A stretch of 64,000 nt of DNA from Coriobacteriia bacterium (lineage in GTDB: Bacteria > Actinomycetota > Coriobacteriia > Anaerosomatales > SLCP01): contig JAHYJI010000002.1 of the NCBI GenBank assembly GCA_019429145.1, forward strand, positions 19,336 through 83,335. Reading direction: 5' to 3'. This document shows positions 30,154 to 39,513 of the stretch, piece after piece (position 1 is the first letter of the stretch; the number at the start of each line of letters is the position of its first letter). The translations under genes and the position numbers were made by a program. Under the pieces are notes generated by a model, which had not been told where the DNA came from, did not search any database, and saw only the letters and a list, made by a program, of their open reading frames with translations.

Positions 30154-32066
30154 GCGCGGTGGCCCCCTCGCTCGTGCTCGGTACCGCCGGCCACATCGAT
30201 CACGGCAAGTCCACGCTCGTCAAGGCGCTGACCGGCACCGATCCGGACCGCCTGGCCGAGGAGAAGGCACGCGGGATCACGATCGAGCTCGGCTTCGCGC
30301 AGCTCACGCTGCCCAGCGGCCGCACGATGGGCGTTGTCGACGTTCCGGGCCACGAGCGATTTGTCCGGCACATGGTCGCCGGTGCCACCGGCATCGACGC
30401 GGTCCTGCTGGTCGTTGCCGCCGACGACGGCATCATGCCCCAGACCCGCGAGCACCTCGCCATCATCGACCTGCTCGGGATCGAGCGCGGGGTCGTGGCG
30501 CTGACCAAGGCCGATCTGGCCGAGCCCGACTGGATCGATCTTGTGACCGAGGAGGTGCGTGAGCTCGTGGACACCACCTCGATTGCTGATGCACCGGTCG
30601 TTCCGGTCTCGGCCGCAACGGGCGCGGGCGTCCCCGAGTTGCTCGCCGCGCTGGATGCGGTTGCCGGCGAGGCCCCGTCGCGGCAGGCGGGCCTGCCCTT
30701 CCGCCTCCCGGTCGACCGCGTCTTCACCATCGCCGGTGCGGGCACGGTCATCACCGGAACGCTCTGGTCCGGACAGGTCTCTCGCGACGACCCGGTCGAG
30801 ATCATGCCGGAGGGCCGCGAGGCTCGCGTCCGCGGCGTCCAGGTCCACTCGGCGAGTGTGGAGAAGGCCGGCGCCGGTCAGCGCGTCGCGCTCAACATCG
30901 CCGGTGTGGACCGAGATGAGATATCGAGAGGTGATGTCATCGCGGCTCCCGGCACGCTCTCGGTCACCGACCGGTTCGACGCGCGCTTCACCTACCTCGG
31001 CGTGCCCGGCGAGGACAAGCCCTTCGAGAGCGACACGCGCGTGCACGTTCATCACGGCACCCGTGAGGTCCTCGGTCGGGTGTTGCTCATGGATGCAAGC
31101 GAGTTTGCGCGCGGTGAGTCGGGGTTGGCCCAGGTGCGGCTCGAGGAACCGCTCGTGCCGCGCTACGGCGACCGGTTCATCGTGCGCTCCTACTCGCCGG
31201 TCTACACCATCGGCGGCGGCATGGTGCTCGACGTCCTCCCGCCGCGGCGCACCACGTTGCGCGAGCACGAGCGCGCGTTGCTCGAGGCGCTTGTGGCCCA
31301 CGACCTCTCATCGGCCGCGACGGGGCTACTGGCGTCGCGGGCGCTACCGATGACCTCGGCCGAGGTGGCCGCAGCGATCGGCGTGCCGCGCGCAGGGGTT
31401 GCCGACGATCTCAACAAGGCCGATCTCGCGCGGCTCAAGGTCGGCGGCGAGACGGCGTTCATCACGCGCGGCGCACTGGAGGCGTTCGTCGTGATGATCG
31501 AGCGGGAGCTGCTGGCGTTTCACGAGGCCGACCCGAAGGCCACCGGCATGTCGACGGCCGCGCTGCGTGACCGGGTCGACCGCCGGCTGACAGCGAAGTC
31601 ATTCGACGCCGTGCTCGAGATCGCCGTGCAGCGCGGAGTCGCCGCGGTCGAGAAGGGTCAGGTCCGCCACCCGCAGGCTGCGGTCTCAGCGCTTGCCGAG
31701 CAGCAGGCTGCCGAGGCCGTGCTGCGCCCGCTGGTCGTCCGCGACGGGTTGGCCCCGAAGTCGGTGGCCGAGTGGTCCGCCGAGGCCGGAGTCGATGCGG
31801 CTGTCGCGCGCAAGGTACTTGCGCGCATGGCCTCCGCCGGAGAGGCGCTGCGGCTCGGGAGCGACATGCACTTCGATGCTGCGGCCGTCGACGCGGCGGG
31901 GGAGCGGATCTCAGCGTTCTTGCGGGAGCACGCCAGCGCGACCGCGGCCGAGCTCAGGGACGTGCTGGGCGTCACGCGCAAGTACGCTATCCCGCTGCTC
32001 GAGCACTTCGATGCGATCGGGCTCACGAAGCGCGACGGCGACACCCGTACTCTGCGCAGAGCGTGA
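30150..32066 (+). CDS. selB: selenocysteine-specific translation elongation factor
   Basis: GTPase motifs [20 protein letters not shown] and TKADL. EF-Tu-like domains II/III and C-terminal winged-helix repeats. 4-nt overlap with selA. Confidence 0.93.
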   Translation: MSAVAPSLVLGTAGHIDHGKSTLVKALTGTDPDRLAEEKARGITIELGFAQLTLPSGRTMGVVDVPGHERFVRHMVAGATGIDAVLLVVAADDGIMPQTREHLAIIDLLGIERGVVALTKADLAEPDWIDLVTEEVRELVDTTSIADAPVVPVSAATGAGVPELLAALDAVAGEAPSRQAGLPFRLPVDRVFTIAGAGTVITGTLWSGQVSRDDPVEIMPEGREARVRGVQVHSASVEKAGAGQRVALNIAGVDRDEISRGDVIAAPGTLSVTDRFDARFTYLGVPGEDKPFESDTRVHVHHGTREVLGRVLLMDASEFARGESGLAQVRLEEPLVPRYGDRFIVRSYSPVYTIGGGMVLDVLPPRRTTLREHERALLEALVAHDLSSAATGLLASRALPMTSAEVAAAIGVPRAGVADDLNKADLARLKVGGETAFITRGALEAFVVMIERELLAFHEADPKATGMSTAALRDRVDRRLTAKSFDAVLEIAVQRGVAAVEKGQVRHPQAAVSALAEQQAAEAVLRPLVVRDGLAPKSVAEWSAEAGVDAAVARKVLARMASAGEALRLGSDMHFDAAAVDAAGERISAFLREHASATAAELRDVLGVTRKYAIPLLEHFDAIGLTKRDGDTRTLRRA

Positions 32067-32082
32067 TCTCTGCCGGCCCGGT

Positions 32083-32111
32083 TTGACACCACCCCCCGTG
32101 GCCAGGACAAT
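32083..32111 (+). promoter_or_regulatory. candidate sigma-70-type promoter for selC
   Basis: TTGACA (32083-32088), a 17-nt spacer, GACAAT (32106-32111), then 7 nt to the first tRNA-Sec nucleotide at 32119. Confidence 0.45.
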
Positions 32112-32118
32112 CCTCCGC

Positions 32119-32215
32119 GGAGGCGGATGGGTCCTGGTGGGCTCCGCGGTCTTCAAAACCGTAGTGGGGCGTGAAGAGCGTCCCGGGTGTGTTCGATTCG
32201 CACGCGCCTCCGCCA
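32119..32215 (+). tRNA. selC: tRNA-Sec (anticodon UCA), encoded CCA
   Basis: Hand fold: acceptor GGAGGCG(G)/(G)CGCCTCC. 6-bp D stem GGGTCC/GGGCTC with the 4-nt loop TGGT. Anticodon stem GCGGT/ACCGT with loop CTTCAAA. Long extra arm GGGGCG...CGTCCC. T arm GTGTG-TTCGATT-CGCAC. Discriminator G plus CCA. It sits immediately after selB. Confidence 0.88.
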
Positions 32216-32227
32216 GAGCGTGCTAGC

Positions 32228-32257
32228 AGCGGGAACTCCGAGGGTGGGGTTCCCGCT
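32228..32257. terminator. stem-loop between convergent selC and nuclease gene
   Basis: Perfect 9-bp stem AGCGGGAAC / GTTCCCGCT with a 12-nt loop. No clear U-tract. Confidence 0.4.
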
Positions 32258-32314
32258 GTCGTTGTCGGGGCGTCAGTGAGGAGGCTGCCCGGCCGTCGGT
32301 GTGTTCCCAGTCGC

Positions 32315-33148
32315 CTACGGGTTGCACCGCTTGCACGGGACATATCCGTCCGCAACGGCCTTGTCCCTACTGTCGTAGGGGACCTTGTTGCTCTCGTTCA
32401 TGTCGTTCACGGAGCTGCAGCCCGCATAGTGGAACTTCATCGTGTTCTTGTTGGCGATGTACGCCGCCGCGGTACCTGAAGGTGCGCTGGGGCTCGCAGG
32501 TGTCTTGACCTGCGGTTCGGGAGCCCAAAGGCCTGCAGAAGCCTGGCGGGCCTCCGCCTCGTACGTCTTGAGGTAGTCCACATACTTGACGTTCGGGGGG
32601 ATCGTCATCAGGTTCGCGTATCCCGCGAGAACAAGATGTGCATTGAACAGGTATTGGCGGATGCTTGAGTCATCGACCACGCTGGGCTCCGACAACCAGA
32701 CGTGTGCCAGCATACGTCCGTACCTGTCCCTGAGCTCGGCATCTGTTTCCAGGTAGATGGTCTTACCACTCAACGCGTTTGCCGTGTACCCGGAAGCCTC
32801 CTTACCGTAGGGCTCGATCTGGTTGGTGGACTCGGGCGTATCAACGCCGATGAAGCGTATCTTCTCGTCTGTCCCGTCCGGCATCTTCACCACGATCGTG
32901 TCGCCGTCTACGACACGTGTGACCTGTACGGCTGTGACCTTGACGGCCGGTTCCGGGTCGGGGATCGGCTCGGGTTCCGGCTCCGCCTCGAGCTTGGTCT
33001 CGGGTTGGGGTGCCTCGCCCTGGACGGGGGATTCGACAACCGGATTGCTCAGTTCCTCGGGTGCGGCGGCCCGCGCGCAGCCGGCAATGGCGGACACAGC
33101 GATCAGCAATGCTAGGACGACAACCAGCCAGAACCAACGCTTGCCCAT
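32315..33148 (-). CDS. secreted thermonuclease (SNase-like) lipoprotein with C-terminal Cys/His metal-binding tail
   Basis: Lipobox AIAGCARA. SNase core: VVDGDTIVVKMPDGTDEKIRFIGVDTPE...YGKEAS...RYGRMLAHVW. C-terminal KFHYAGC...PCKRCNP (Ada-like Zn motif). Confidence 0.8.
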   Translation of the reverse strand: MGKRWFWLVVVLALLIAVSAIAGCARAAAPEELSNPVVESPVQGEAPQPETKLEAEPEPEPIPDPEPAVKVTAVQVTRVVDGDTIVVKMPDGTDEKIRFIGVDTPESTNQIEPYGKEASGYTANALSGKTIYLETDAELRDRYGRMLAHVWLSEPSVVDDSSIRQYLFNAHLVLAGYANLMTIPPNVKYVDYLKTYEAEARQASAGLWAPEPQVKTPASPSAPSGTAAAYIANKNTMKFHYAGCSSVNDMNESNKVPYDSRDKAVADGYVPCKRCNP

Positions 33149-33352
33149 GTCTTCGGCCACTTGAATCCCCCTCGATTGTTCTCGACACTGCGGGCACTGC
33201 AATCGTACACGGCTCATCTGGCCCGCTGCTTAGTTCAGGGTATCGACCAAGCGTGGGCGTGACCTGACTGCCAGGTTGACGCCTCCCTTGTCCCGCGGCG
33301 AAAGATGCATCCTGTTCGTGCAGTACCAATCACCGTTCGTGGTACCGGCACT

Positions 33353-33859
33353 ATGAGCGCCGTCGAGGGCTCGGGGGAGCAGTTCATCGACCTCCCCGTT
33401 GAGGCGCTGGCAGGTATCGTGCAGGCGACCTCCGAGGGTACGGACGATTTCGCCATCGCCGGGCTGGATGTCAACGACCATGCGGTCGACCTGCCTGTGA
33501 AGGAACCAGGACCCTACTCCGGGACGACGTTCTACTCCGATGAGGTCTCGGGCAGGGTGGCCAGGTTGCAGGTCGTGGGCGAGGCGTGGACGGTCACCGT
33601 GTCGCCCGTCGCCTCGGCTCCGGAGTTCGCTGGCACCGCTACCGGCACGGGCGACGCAGTTCTCCTCTACCCCGAGAAGGCGAGTGCCCTGCAGGTCACG
33701 CACGACGGCCAGCGGAAGTTCGTGGTCAGCATGGACGGCAACGGGCGGGGGATCGTAGTGGAGACCGTGGGTGCCTATGAAGCGCTTGTCGAGGTGCTTC
33801 CCATACCGGCCATCCTGCTCGTCACCGCAGACGGCGGCTGGTCGATCGAGGCCAGGTAG
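33353..33859 (+). CDS. hypothetical protein
   Basis: High third-position GC from ATG 33353 (MSAVEGSGEQF...), beta-rich, acidic, no signal peptide, no family recognised. The track ORF starts at 33305. Confidence 0.45.
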   Translation: MSAVEGSGEQFIDLPVEALAGIVQATSEGTDDFAIAGLDVNDHAVDLPVKEPGPYSGTTFYSDEVSGRVARLQVVGEAWTVTVSPVASAPEFAGTATGTGDAVLLYPEKASALQVTHDGQRKFVVSMDGNGRGIVVETVGAYEALVEVLPIPAILLVTADGGWSIEAR

Positions 33860-33869
33860 ACTGCCCCGC

Positions 33870-35189
33870 TCATCTCCTCACCGCCGAGTAGGCCGCAAGC
33901 GCGCGCTCCCGCGCCTCGGCGTGGTCGATGATCGGCGACGGGTACTCATCGCTGCCGACCTCCGGCACCCACCGCCGCACGTACTCGCCGTCCGGGTCGA
34001 ACCGCTTGGCCTGCACCGTCGGGTTGAAGATGCGGAAGTACGGCGCCGCGTCCGCACCACACCCCGCGACCCACTGCCAGTTGAAGACGTTGGATGCGGC
34101 GTCGAAGTCGACAAGCGACTCCGCGAAGTACCGCTCGCCGGTCTGCCACGGGACGAGCAGGTGCTTCGTGAGCAGCGATGCCGCCACGAGCCGCACGCGG
34201 TTGTGCATCCAGCCCGTGTCGGCCAGCTGCCGCATCCCGGCGTCGACGAGCGGGTAGCCGGTGCGTCCCTCGCGCCAGGCAGCCAGCGCATCCGGGTCGT
34301 CGCTCCACGGCATGCGCGCGAACTCGGGCCGCAGCGGTTCGGAGAGCGTGTGCGGGTGGTGATGCAGCACGTGTGCCGCAAACTCTCGCCATGCGAGCTG
34401 GCGCAGGAACGGCCGGGTGACCTCGCGGGGAAGGCCGCTTCCGGTGACGGCCGCGGCGACCTGTCGCGGTGAGATCTCCCCGAAGGCGAGGTGAGGCGAG
34501 AGACGCGAGGTCGCGTCCAGAGCGGGCAGGTCGCGGTGCTCGTCGTAGTGGGCCAGCGCGTCGTCGATGAATACCTCCAGGCGCCGCGCTGCCCCTGGCT
34601 CGCCCGGCGTCCACCGGGCGGTGGGGTCCGGAGCTACCGCGGGTACCGGCGGGAGCGGCTCGGAAGCGACCGTACCCCCGGGCGCGGGGATCCCCTCCGG
34701 TGCACCGCCGGGCAGCGCGCTCCCGTCCCACAATCCCTCCCATGCGCGGAAGTAGGGCGTGAAGACGCGGTACGGGCTGCCCGCACCTGTCGAGATCGCG
34801 TCGGGGGCGACGAGCAGCGAGCCCTCGGCAACGACAAGCCCCACACGGCCCGGCGCGAGGGCGTCGGCGACGGCATGTTCCTCGGCCAGACCGGCCGGGC
34901 TCCACATCCGTGTGCAGTGCACCGTACGCGCGCCGCACTCGCCGGCGAGTGCGGACAGCACTTCCCCGGCAGGTCCGTGCCGCACCATCAACTGCGAGCC
35001 GTGTTTGCGCAGACCGGCGTCCAGCGACGCGAGTGAATGCGCGAGCCACCCCGCCTCGCTCCGGCCGCACCTGGCCGGCATCACGTAGACCGGCACCAGC
35101 GCCTCGGCGCCCCGCAACGCGGCAGCGAGCGCGGCATTGTCGGCCAGGCGCAGGTCTCTCCGGAACCAGCAGATCGCGGTCGTGGCCAC
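33870..35189 (-). CDS. phr: deoxyribodipyrimidine photolyase (cryptochrome/photolyase family)
   Basis: ICWFRRDLRLADNAAL N-terminus. FAD-binding C-terminal motifs TSRLSPHLAFGEIS, TGYPLVDAGMRQL, GWMHNRVR and DAAPYFRIFNP. Confidence 0.93.
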   Translation of the reverse strand: MATTAICWFRRDLRLADNAALAAALRGAEALVPVYVMPARCGRSEAGWLAHSLASLDAGLRKHGSQLMVRHGPAGEVLSALAGECGARTVHCTRMWSPAGLAEEHAVADALAPGRVGLVVAEGSLLVAPDAISTGAGSPYRVFTPYFRAWEGLWDGSALPGGAPEGIPAPGGTVASEPLPPVPAVAPDPTARWTPGEPGAARRLEVFIDDALAHYDEHRDLPALDATSRLSPHLAFGEISPRQVAAAVTGSGLPREVTRPFLRQLAWREFAAHVLHHHPHTLSEPLRPEFARMPWSDDPDALAAWREGRTGYPLVDAGMRQLADTGWMHNRVRLVAASLLTKHLLVPWQTGERYFAESLVDFDAASNVFNWQWVAGCGADAAPYFRIFNPTVQAKRFDPDGEYVRRWVPEVGSDEYPSPIIDHAEARERALAAYSAVRR

Positions 35190-35299
35190 GCGGCAACCCC
35201 TCTCTTCAATCGGTTTGTTCCCGAGGCGCGGGGAAGCGTGCGCATCGGCGGGTACACTCCTCGGCAGAGAGACGTCCGCTCAACGACCGAGGGGGACCA

Positions 35300-36271
35300 G
35301 TGGCCGAACTCATCACCCGCACCGTTCCGATCGGGATCAGCGCGTGCGTGTACCGGTGTCCCGTGCGCTACAACGGCAAGTCGTTCGACGCGCTTGCCAC
35401 GCTGGGCAGAGAGCGCGCGGACTTCTCGTTCACCCCGGTGTGCCCCGAGTGCATGGCCGGGCTCGGCGTACCGAGGATGCCCATCCACCTGACCGGCCCG
35501 GGTCAGGAGGTTCTTGCCGGTGAGGCGAAGGTACGCGACCGGAGGGGCCGCGACGTGACCGAGGCGCTCGTCGAGGGTAGCCGTGCGAGCCTGGCAGCCC
35601 TCCAGCGGGCAGGCGTGCGGGCGATGATCGTCAAGGAGGCATCGCCCTCGTGCGGCGTGTACAAGGCCAGGGTGGGTAAGAAGCGGACCGAGCAGATAGA
35701 GGGCTCCGGTGTGTTCGGTGCGATGCTGCTCGAGACCGGGTGGTTCCTCATCCCGGACAGCGCGCTCACCAACCCGCTGTTGTGGTGGGAGTGGCGCCGT
35801 CGTCTGCACGCGTGGCTCTGGCTCGCCGATCGCGAGATCACGCGGGCGAAAGACCTCTACGATGCGTGGCACGTGGTCAAGTTCCTGCTGCAGGAGACGA
35901 GCCGCCCGTTCGCCGACGGGATGGGTCGCGAGCTTGCCGCCCTTCCCAAGAACCCACCCGCCGCTTCGCTCGAGGACGCCCGGGCTCGCATCCTCGATGC
36001 GCTGCGCACGCCCTCGACCCGTCCCCGGATTCGTCAGGCGCTCTGGAAGACGTACATCAACGCCAAGAAGCACGGTAAGCTTGACGGGGTCGACCTGCAC
36101 GATCTCGAGGTGAACTCCCCCGAGGTCAGCGCGAACCTGATGACCATCGTCAAGGAGCTCACCGTGCTCGAGCGAGTGAGTTTCGAGAATGACCTGCTGT
36201 TCGGGACGAGCCCGGTGCTGCGCCGCGACGCGAGACGCGTGCGAGCACGTGAGGCCGAGAAGGAGGAGTGA
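35300..36271 (+). CDS. DUF523 + DUF1722 domain protein (YbgA-like)
   Basis: GISACVYRCPVRYNG...VCPECMAGLGVPR (DUF523) followed by WWEWRRRLHAW...YDAWHVVKFLL (DUF1722). Divergent from the photolyase gene; I recall E. coli ybgA being adjacent to phr. GTG at 35300. Confidence 0.75.
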   Translation: MAELITRTVPIGISACVYRCPVRYNGKSFDALATLGRERADFSFTPVCPECMAGLGVPRMPIHLTGPGQEVLAGEAKVRDRRGRDVTEALVEGSRASLAALQRAGVRAMIVKEASPSCGVYKARVGKKRTEQIEGSGVFGAMLLETGWFLIPDSALTNPLLWWEWRRRLHAWLWLADREITRAKDLYDAWHVVKFLLQETSRPFADGMGRELAALPKNPPAASLEDARARILDALRTPSTRPRIRQALWKTYINAKKHGKLDGVDLHDLEVNSPEVSANLMTIVKELTVLERVSFENDLLFGTSPVLRRDARRVRAREAEKEE

Positions 36272-36783
36272 GCGTGGACGCGCTTGAGGCGATCATGTCG
36301 CGGCGGAGTATCCGTCGCTTCACGGGCGAACCGGTGGTCGAGGAGCAGATCGAGACGGTCCTGCGTGCGGCGCAAGCCGCTCCCTCGGCGAACAACCAGC
36401 AGCCGTGGAGGTTCATCGTGCTCACCGAGCGGGACACGCTCGTGGCGGTCGCCGCCACGAGCCCGTACGCGAGGATGCTCGCGGATGCCGCCTTCGGAAT
36501 CGTCGTCTGCGGTGACACCGCTGACCTGAAGAGCCCGGGCATGTGGCAGCAGGACTGCTCGGCTGCTGTCGAGAACGCGCTGCTGGCCGCCCACGCCATC
36601 GGCCTGGGCGGCGTGTGGCTCGGCTACTACCCCAAGATGGATCGAGTCGAGCTGCTCAAGGAGCTGCTCGGCATCCCCGAGGGCGTCGAGCCGCTCGCGG
36701 TGCTCGCGATCGGTCATCCGGCGGAGATCAAGCCGCCTTCGGACAGATACGCCCCCTCCTTCGTCCATCGCGAGCGCTGGTAA
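36268..36783 (+). CDS. nitroreductase family protein
   Basis: RRSIRRFTGEPV...APSANNQQPWRFIV...AVENALLAAHAIGLG. 4-nt overlap with the upstream gene. Confidence 0.88.
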   Translation: MSVDALEAIMSRRSIRRFTGEPVVEEQIETVLRAAQAAPSANNQQPWRFIVLTERDTLVAVAATSPYARMLADAAFGIVVCGDTADLKSPGMWQQDCSAAVENALLAAHAIGLGGVWLGYYPKMDRVELLKELLGIPEGVEPLAVLAIGHPAEIKPPSDRYAPSFVHRERW

Positions 36784-36786
36784 GAC

Positions 36787-37452
36787 GTGCTGCTGACCGC
36801 CAAGGGGCTCACCTTCGCCTCGCACGCCGATCCGGGCCCTCACTACGTGCTCGAGCGGGTGTCGCTGGCGATCGAGGCGGGCGAGATCGTCGACGTGCGC
36901 GGGCCGTCGGGCTCGGGCAAGACCACGCTGCTGCGCGCACTCGCCCGCCTGCTCCCCGATGTCGAGGGCACTCTGACGTTGGCGGGTCGTTCTGCAGAGG
37001 GGTACGCGCCCGCCGAGTGGCGCAGCCGCGTGACGCTGCTGCCCCAGACCGCGGCGATGCGTCCGGGAACGGTGCGCGACAACCTGCTGCTGCCGTGGGG
37101 CCTCAAAGTCCGCTCGGCCGGGCACGCGCCGCCCGACGGCGCACTCGAACAGGCGCTTCTGGAAGTGGGTCTGGGCGAGATCGCGCTCGGCAGGGATGCC
37201 TCGCGGCTCTCGGTGGGACAGGCGGCCCGGGTCGCCCTGCTGCGCGCGGTGCTGACCGTCCCGGATGTGCTGTTGCTCGACGAGCCCGACGCCAACCTCG
37301 ATGACGAGAGCACGGCACAGGTTGCCGCCATGACCGAGCTCTTCGCCTCGCGGGGCGGTGCGGTCATGCGCGTCCGCCACCAGCGGGGCGACGTCCGGGC
37401 ATCGCGCACGCTCCGGCTTGTGGGCGGCCACCTCACGGAGGTGGCGTCGTGA
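36787..37452 (+). CDS. fetA: ABC transporter ATP-binding protein, FetA/YbbL-like
   Basis: Walker [12 protein letters not shown], signature LSVGQAARVALLRAV, Walker B LLLDEPDANLD. Paired with a FetB-type permease. Confidence 0.8.
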   Translation: MLLTAKGLTFASHADPGPHYVLERVSLAIEAGEIVDVRGPSGSGKTTLLRALARLLPDVEGTLTLAGRSAEGYAPAEWRSRVTLLPQTAAMRPGTVRDNLLLPWGLKVRSAGHAPPDGALEQALLEVGLGEIALGRDASRLSVGQAARVALLRAVLTVPDVLLLDEPDANLDDESTAQVAAMTELFASRGGAVMRVRHQRGDVRASRTLRLVGGHLTEVAS

Positions 37453-38258
37453 ACGAACTCGCCGGCGGCGTCATCGAGATAGGCTGGGCCCAGCTCGCGA
37501 TCTCCACCGGGTTCGTCGTGGTCGTGGGCATCCTGTCGATGCGGCTCGCACTCGGCCTGGAGCGTGATCTGGCACTCGCTACCGTGCGCACCTTCCTGCA
37601 GCTCATCGCCCTCGGCCTCGTCTTGCGCTGGGTGTTCGGCATCGACAGCCCCTGGCTGGTGCTCGCAATCCTCCTGCTGATGATGGGCGCCGCTGCACAG
37701 ACGATCGTCAAGCGCGCGCCCGATGCTCCCCGCGGCATCCTCGGAAGTTCGATGATAACGATGCTGCTCACCGGCTTCACCGTGACGTTCGCGGTGACAG
37801 GGCTCGTCATCCAGGTCGAGCCGTGGTACCGGGCCCAGTACGTCATCCCGATCGCGGGGATGGTGCTTGGCAACTCGATGAACGGAATCGCGCTCGCTCT
37901 CGAGCGCACCTTCGCCGACCTCGACGCCCGTGCGGGAGAGGTGCTCGCGCTCACCGCCCTGGGGGCCACGCCGTGGGAGGCCGCCGGTGACTCGGTCCGC
38001 GTGGCGATCCGGGCCGGGCTCATCCCCACCATCAACGCGATGGCCGCTGCGGGTATCGTGTTCATCCCGGGAATGATGACCGGCCAGGTGCTCGCCGGCG
38101 CAGATCCGCTTGCTGCCTCGTACTACCAGGTCGTGGTCATGCTGATGGTGGCGGCCGCAACGGCACTCGGTTCGGTGCTCGCGGTGATGCTGTCGTATCG
38201 CAAGCGCTTCACCGCCGACGGCGTCTACATCGAGAAGGGGTATCGCCAGCCGAGATAA
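37449..38258 (+). CDS. fetB: ABC transporter permease, FetB/YbbM (UPF0014) family
   Basis: NSMNGIALALER...ALGATPWEA...GLIPTINAMAAAGIVFIPGMMTGQVLAG pattern. 4-nt overlap with fetA. Confidence 0.8.
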   Translation: MNELAGGVIEIGWAQLAISTGFVVVVGILSMRLALGLERDLALATVRTFLQLIALGLVLRWVFGIDSPWLVLAILLLMMGAAAQTIVKRAPDAPRGILGSSMITMLLTGFTVTFAVTGLVIQVEPWYRAQYVIPIAGMVLGNSMNGIALALERTFADLDARAGEVLALTALGATPWEAAGDSVRVAIRAGLIPTINAMAAAGIVFIPGMMTGQVLAGADPLAASYYQVVVMLMVAAATALGSVLAVMLSYRKRFTADGVYIEKGYRQPR

Positions 38259-38419
38259 GGGCGCCTTCGCAGCATGTGGAGCACGTTCGCACCCACGCTC
38301 TCAGGTTGCCGGTGTACCGGCGTCCCCGTAAGATGTGACCTGCAACGCCCGGCCTTGGAGCCACACCCCCGGCAAGCCCCGGGCGGGCGGACTCATCCTG
38401 TCGGGCGCCAAGGAGACCG

Positions 38420-39427
38420 ATGACCGGATTCGAGCTCTATCTCAAGCGCAACTCCAAGAAGTTCGACGCCTACCTGGCCGGCTTCTTCTCGGACGGGTCC
38501 CATCCCGATATGCGCCGCTACCTGTACGGTCCCGTGGCCGAGTTCACCGCCAATGCCGGGAAGCGTCACCGCCCCCTGATCTGTCTTCTCGCATGCGAGG
38601 CGGTCGGCGGCGATCCTGAGCGCGCCAAGCCGTCGGCGGCGGCGATCGAGCACTTCCACACCGCCGCGCTCATCCACGACGACATCGAGGACTCCTCGCT
38701 CACGCGCCGGGACGAGCCGTGCATGCACGTCAGCGAGGGGGACGGCATCGCCATCAACGCGGGCGATCTTGCGCTCTCGCTCGTGTGCGGCACGGTCGTC
38801 CACGACCCCGGCCTCGACGATGCCACCAAGCTGCTCGTGCTCGCCGAGCTCGTCGACATGACCACCCGCACCATCGAGGGGCAGGCGCTCGACATCGGCT
38901 GGGCCCGTGACGACCGCTTCGACCTCACCGTCGAGGACTACCTCGTGATGGCTCGCCACAAGACCGCGTTCTACTCGGGAGGGGTCCCGCTCGCCGTGGG
39001 CGCGATCGTCGGCGGCGGCACCGATGAGCAGGTCGAGGCGTTGCGCGAGTTCGGCATGGCGGCGGGCCTGGCCTTCCAGATCCAGGACGACGTGCTCAAC
39101 CTCGTCGGCACCAGAGAGTCCACCAAGAAGGACTTCCGCAGCGATCTGACGGAGGGCAAGCGCACGCTGGTGGCCATCCACGCGCTCGAGAACTCGGCGC
39201 GCCGGGAGCGGCTGCTGGAGATCCTCTCGGCCCGTGTGACCGACTCTGCGCTGCTCGACGAGGCGGTCGCCATCATGACCGAGGCCGGCTCGATCGCGTT
39301 TGCGAACGGCTACGCTCGCGACCTCATCCTCGACGCCAAGCGCTCGCTCGAAGACGCACTGCCCGACAGCAAGGCGCGCAAGCTCCTGCTGTCCATGGCG
39401 GACTTCTTCGTGAAGCGGAGTTCGTGA
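38420..39427 (+). CDS. polyprenyl (geranylgeranyl/farnesyl-type) diphosphate synthase
   Basis: First and second Asp-rich motifs LIHDDIEDSS and FQIQDDVLN. Confidence 0.9.
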   Translation: MTGFELYLKRNSKKFDAYLAGFFSDGSHPDMRRYLYGPVAEFTANAGKRHRPLICLLACEAVGGDPERAKPSAAAIEHFHTAALIHDDIEDSSLTRRDEPCMHVSEGDGIAINAGDLALSLVCGTVVHDPGLDDATKLLVLAELVDMTTRTIEGQALDIGWARDDRFDLTVEDYLVMARHKTAFYSGGVPLAVGAIVGGGTDEQVEALREFGMAAGLAFQIQDDVLNLVGTRESTKKDFRSDLTEGKRTLVAIHALENSARRERLLEILSARVTDSALLDEAVAIMTEAGSIAFANGYARDLILDAKRSLEDALPDSKARKLLLSMADFFVKRSS

Positions 39428-39430
39428 GGT

Positions 39431-39452
39431 CTCGAGCAGGCCTCTGCTCGAG
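39431..39452. terminator. perfect hairpin after polyprenyl synthase gene
   Basis: CTCGAGCAG-gcct-CTGCTCGAG (9-bp stem, 4-nt loop) starting 4 nt after the stop. No U-tract, so it could also be an operator. Confidence 0.4.
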
Positions 39453-39513
39453 AGCCCGCAACGGGTATCTTCTACAGAGCACGCCATCCCCGCGATAACG
39501 AAGGAGCGTACGC

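Noticed and set aside
32315-33859. The nuclease and hypothetical genes (and the cytochrome b gene, 59369-60235) look somewhat less GC-rich than their neighbours, hinting at horizontal acquisition.
   Set aside because: This impression is by eye only. I cannot compute windowed GC or codon statistics here, and no mobility genes flank these regions, so I am not reporting it as a finding.
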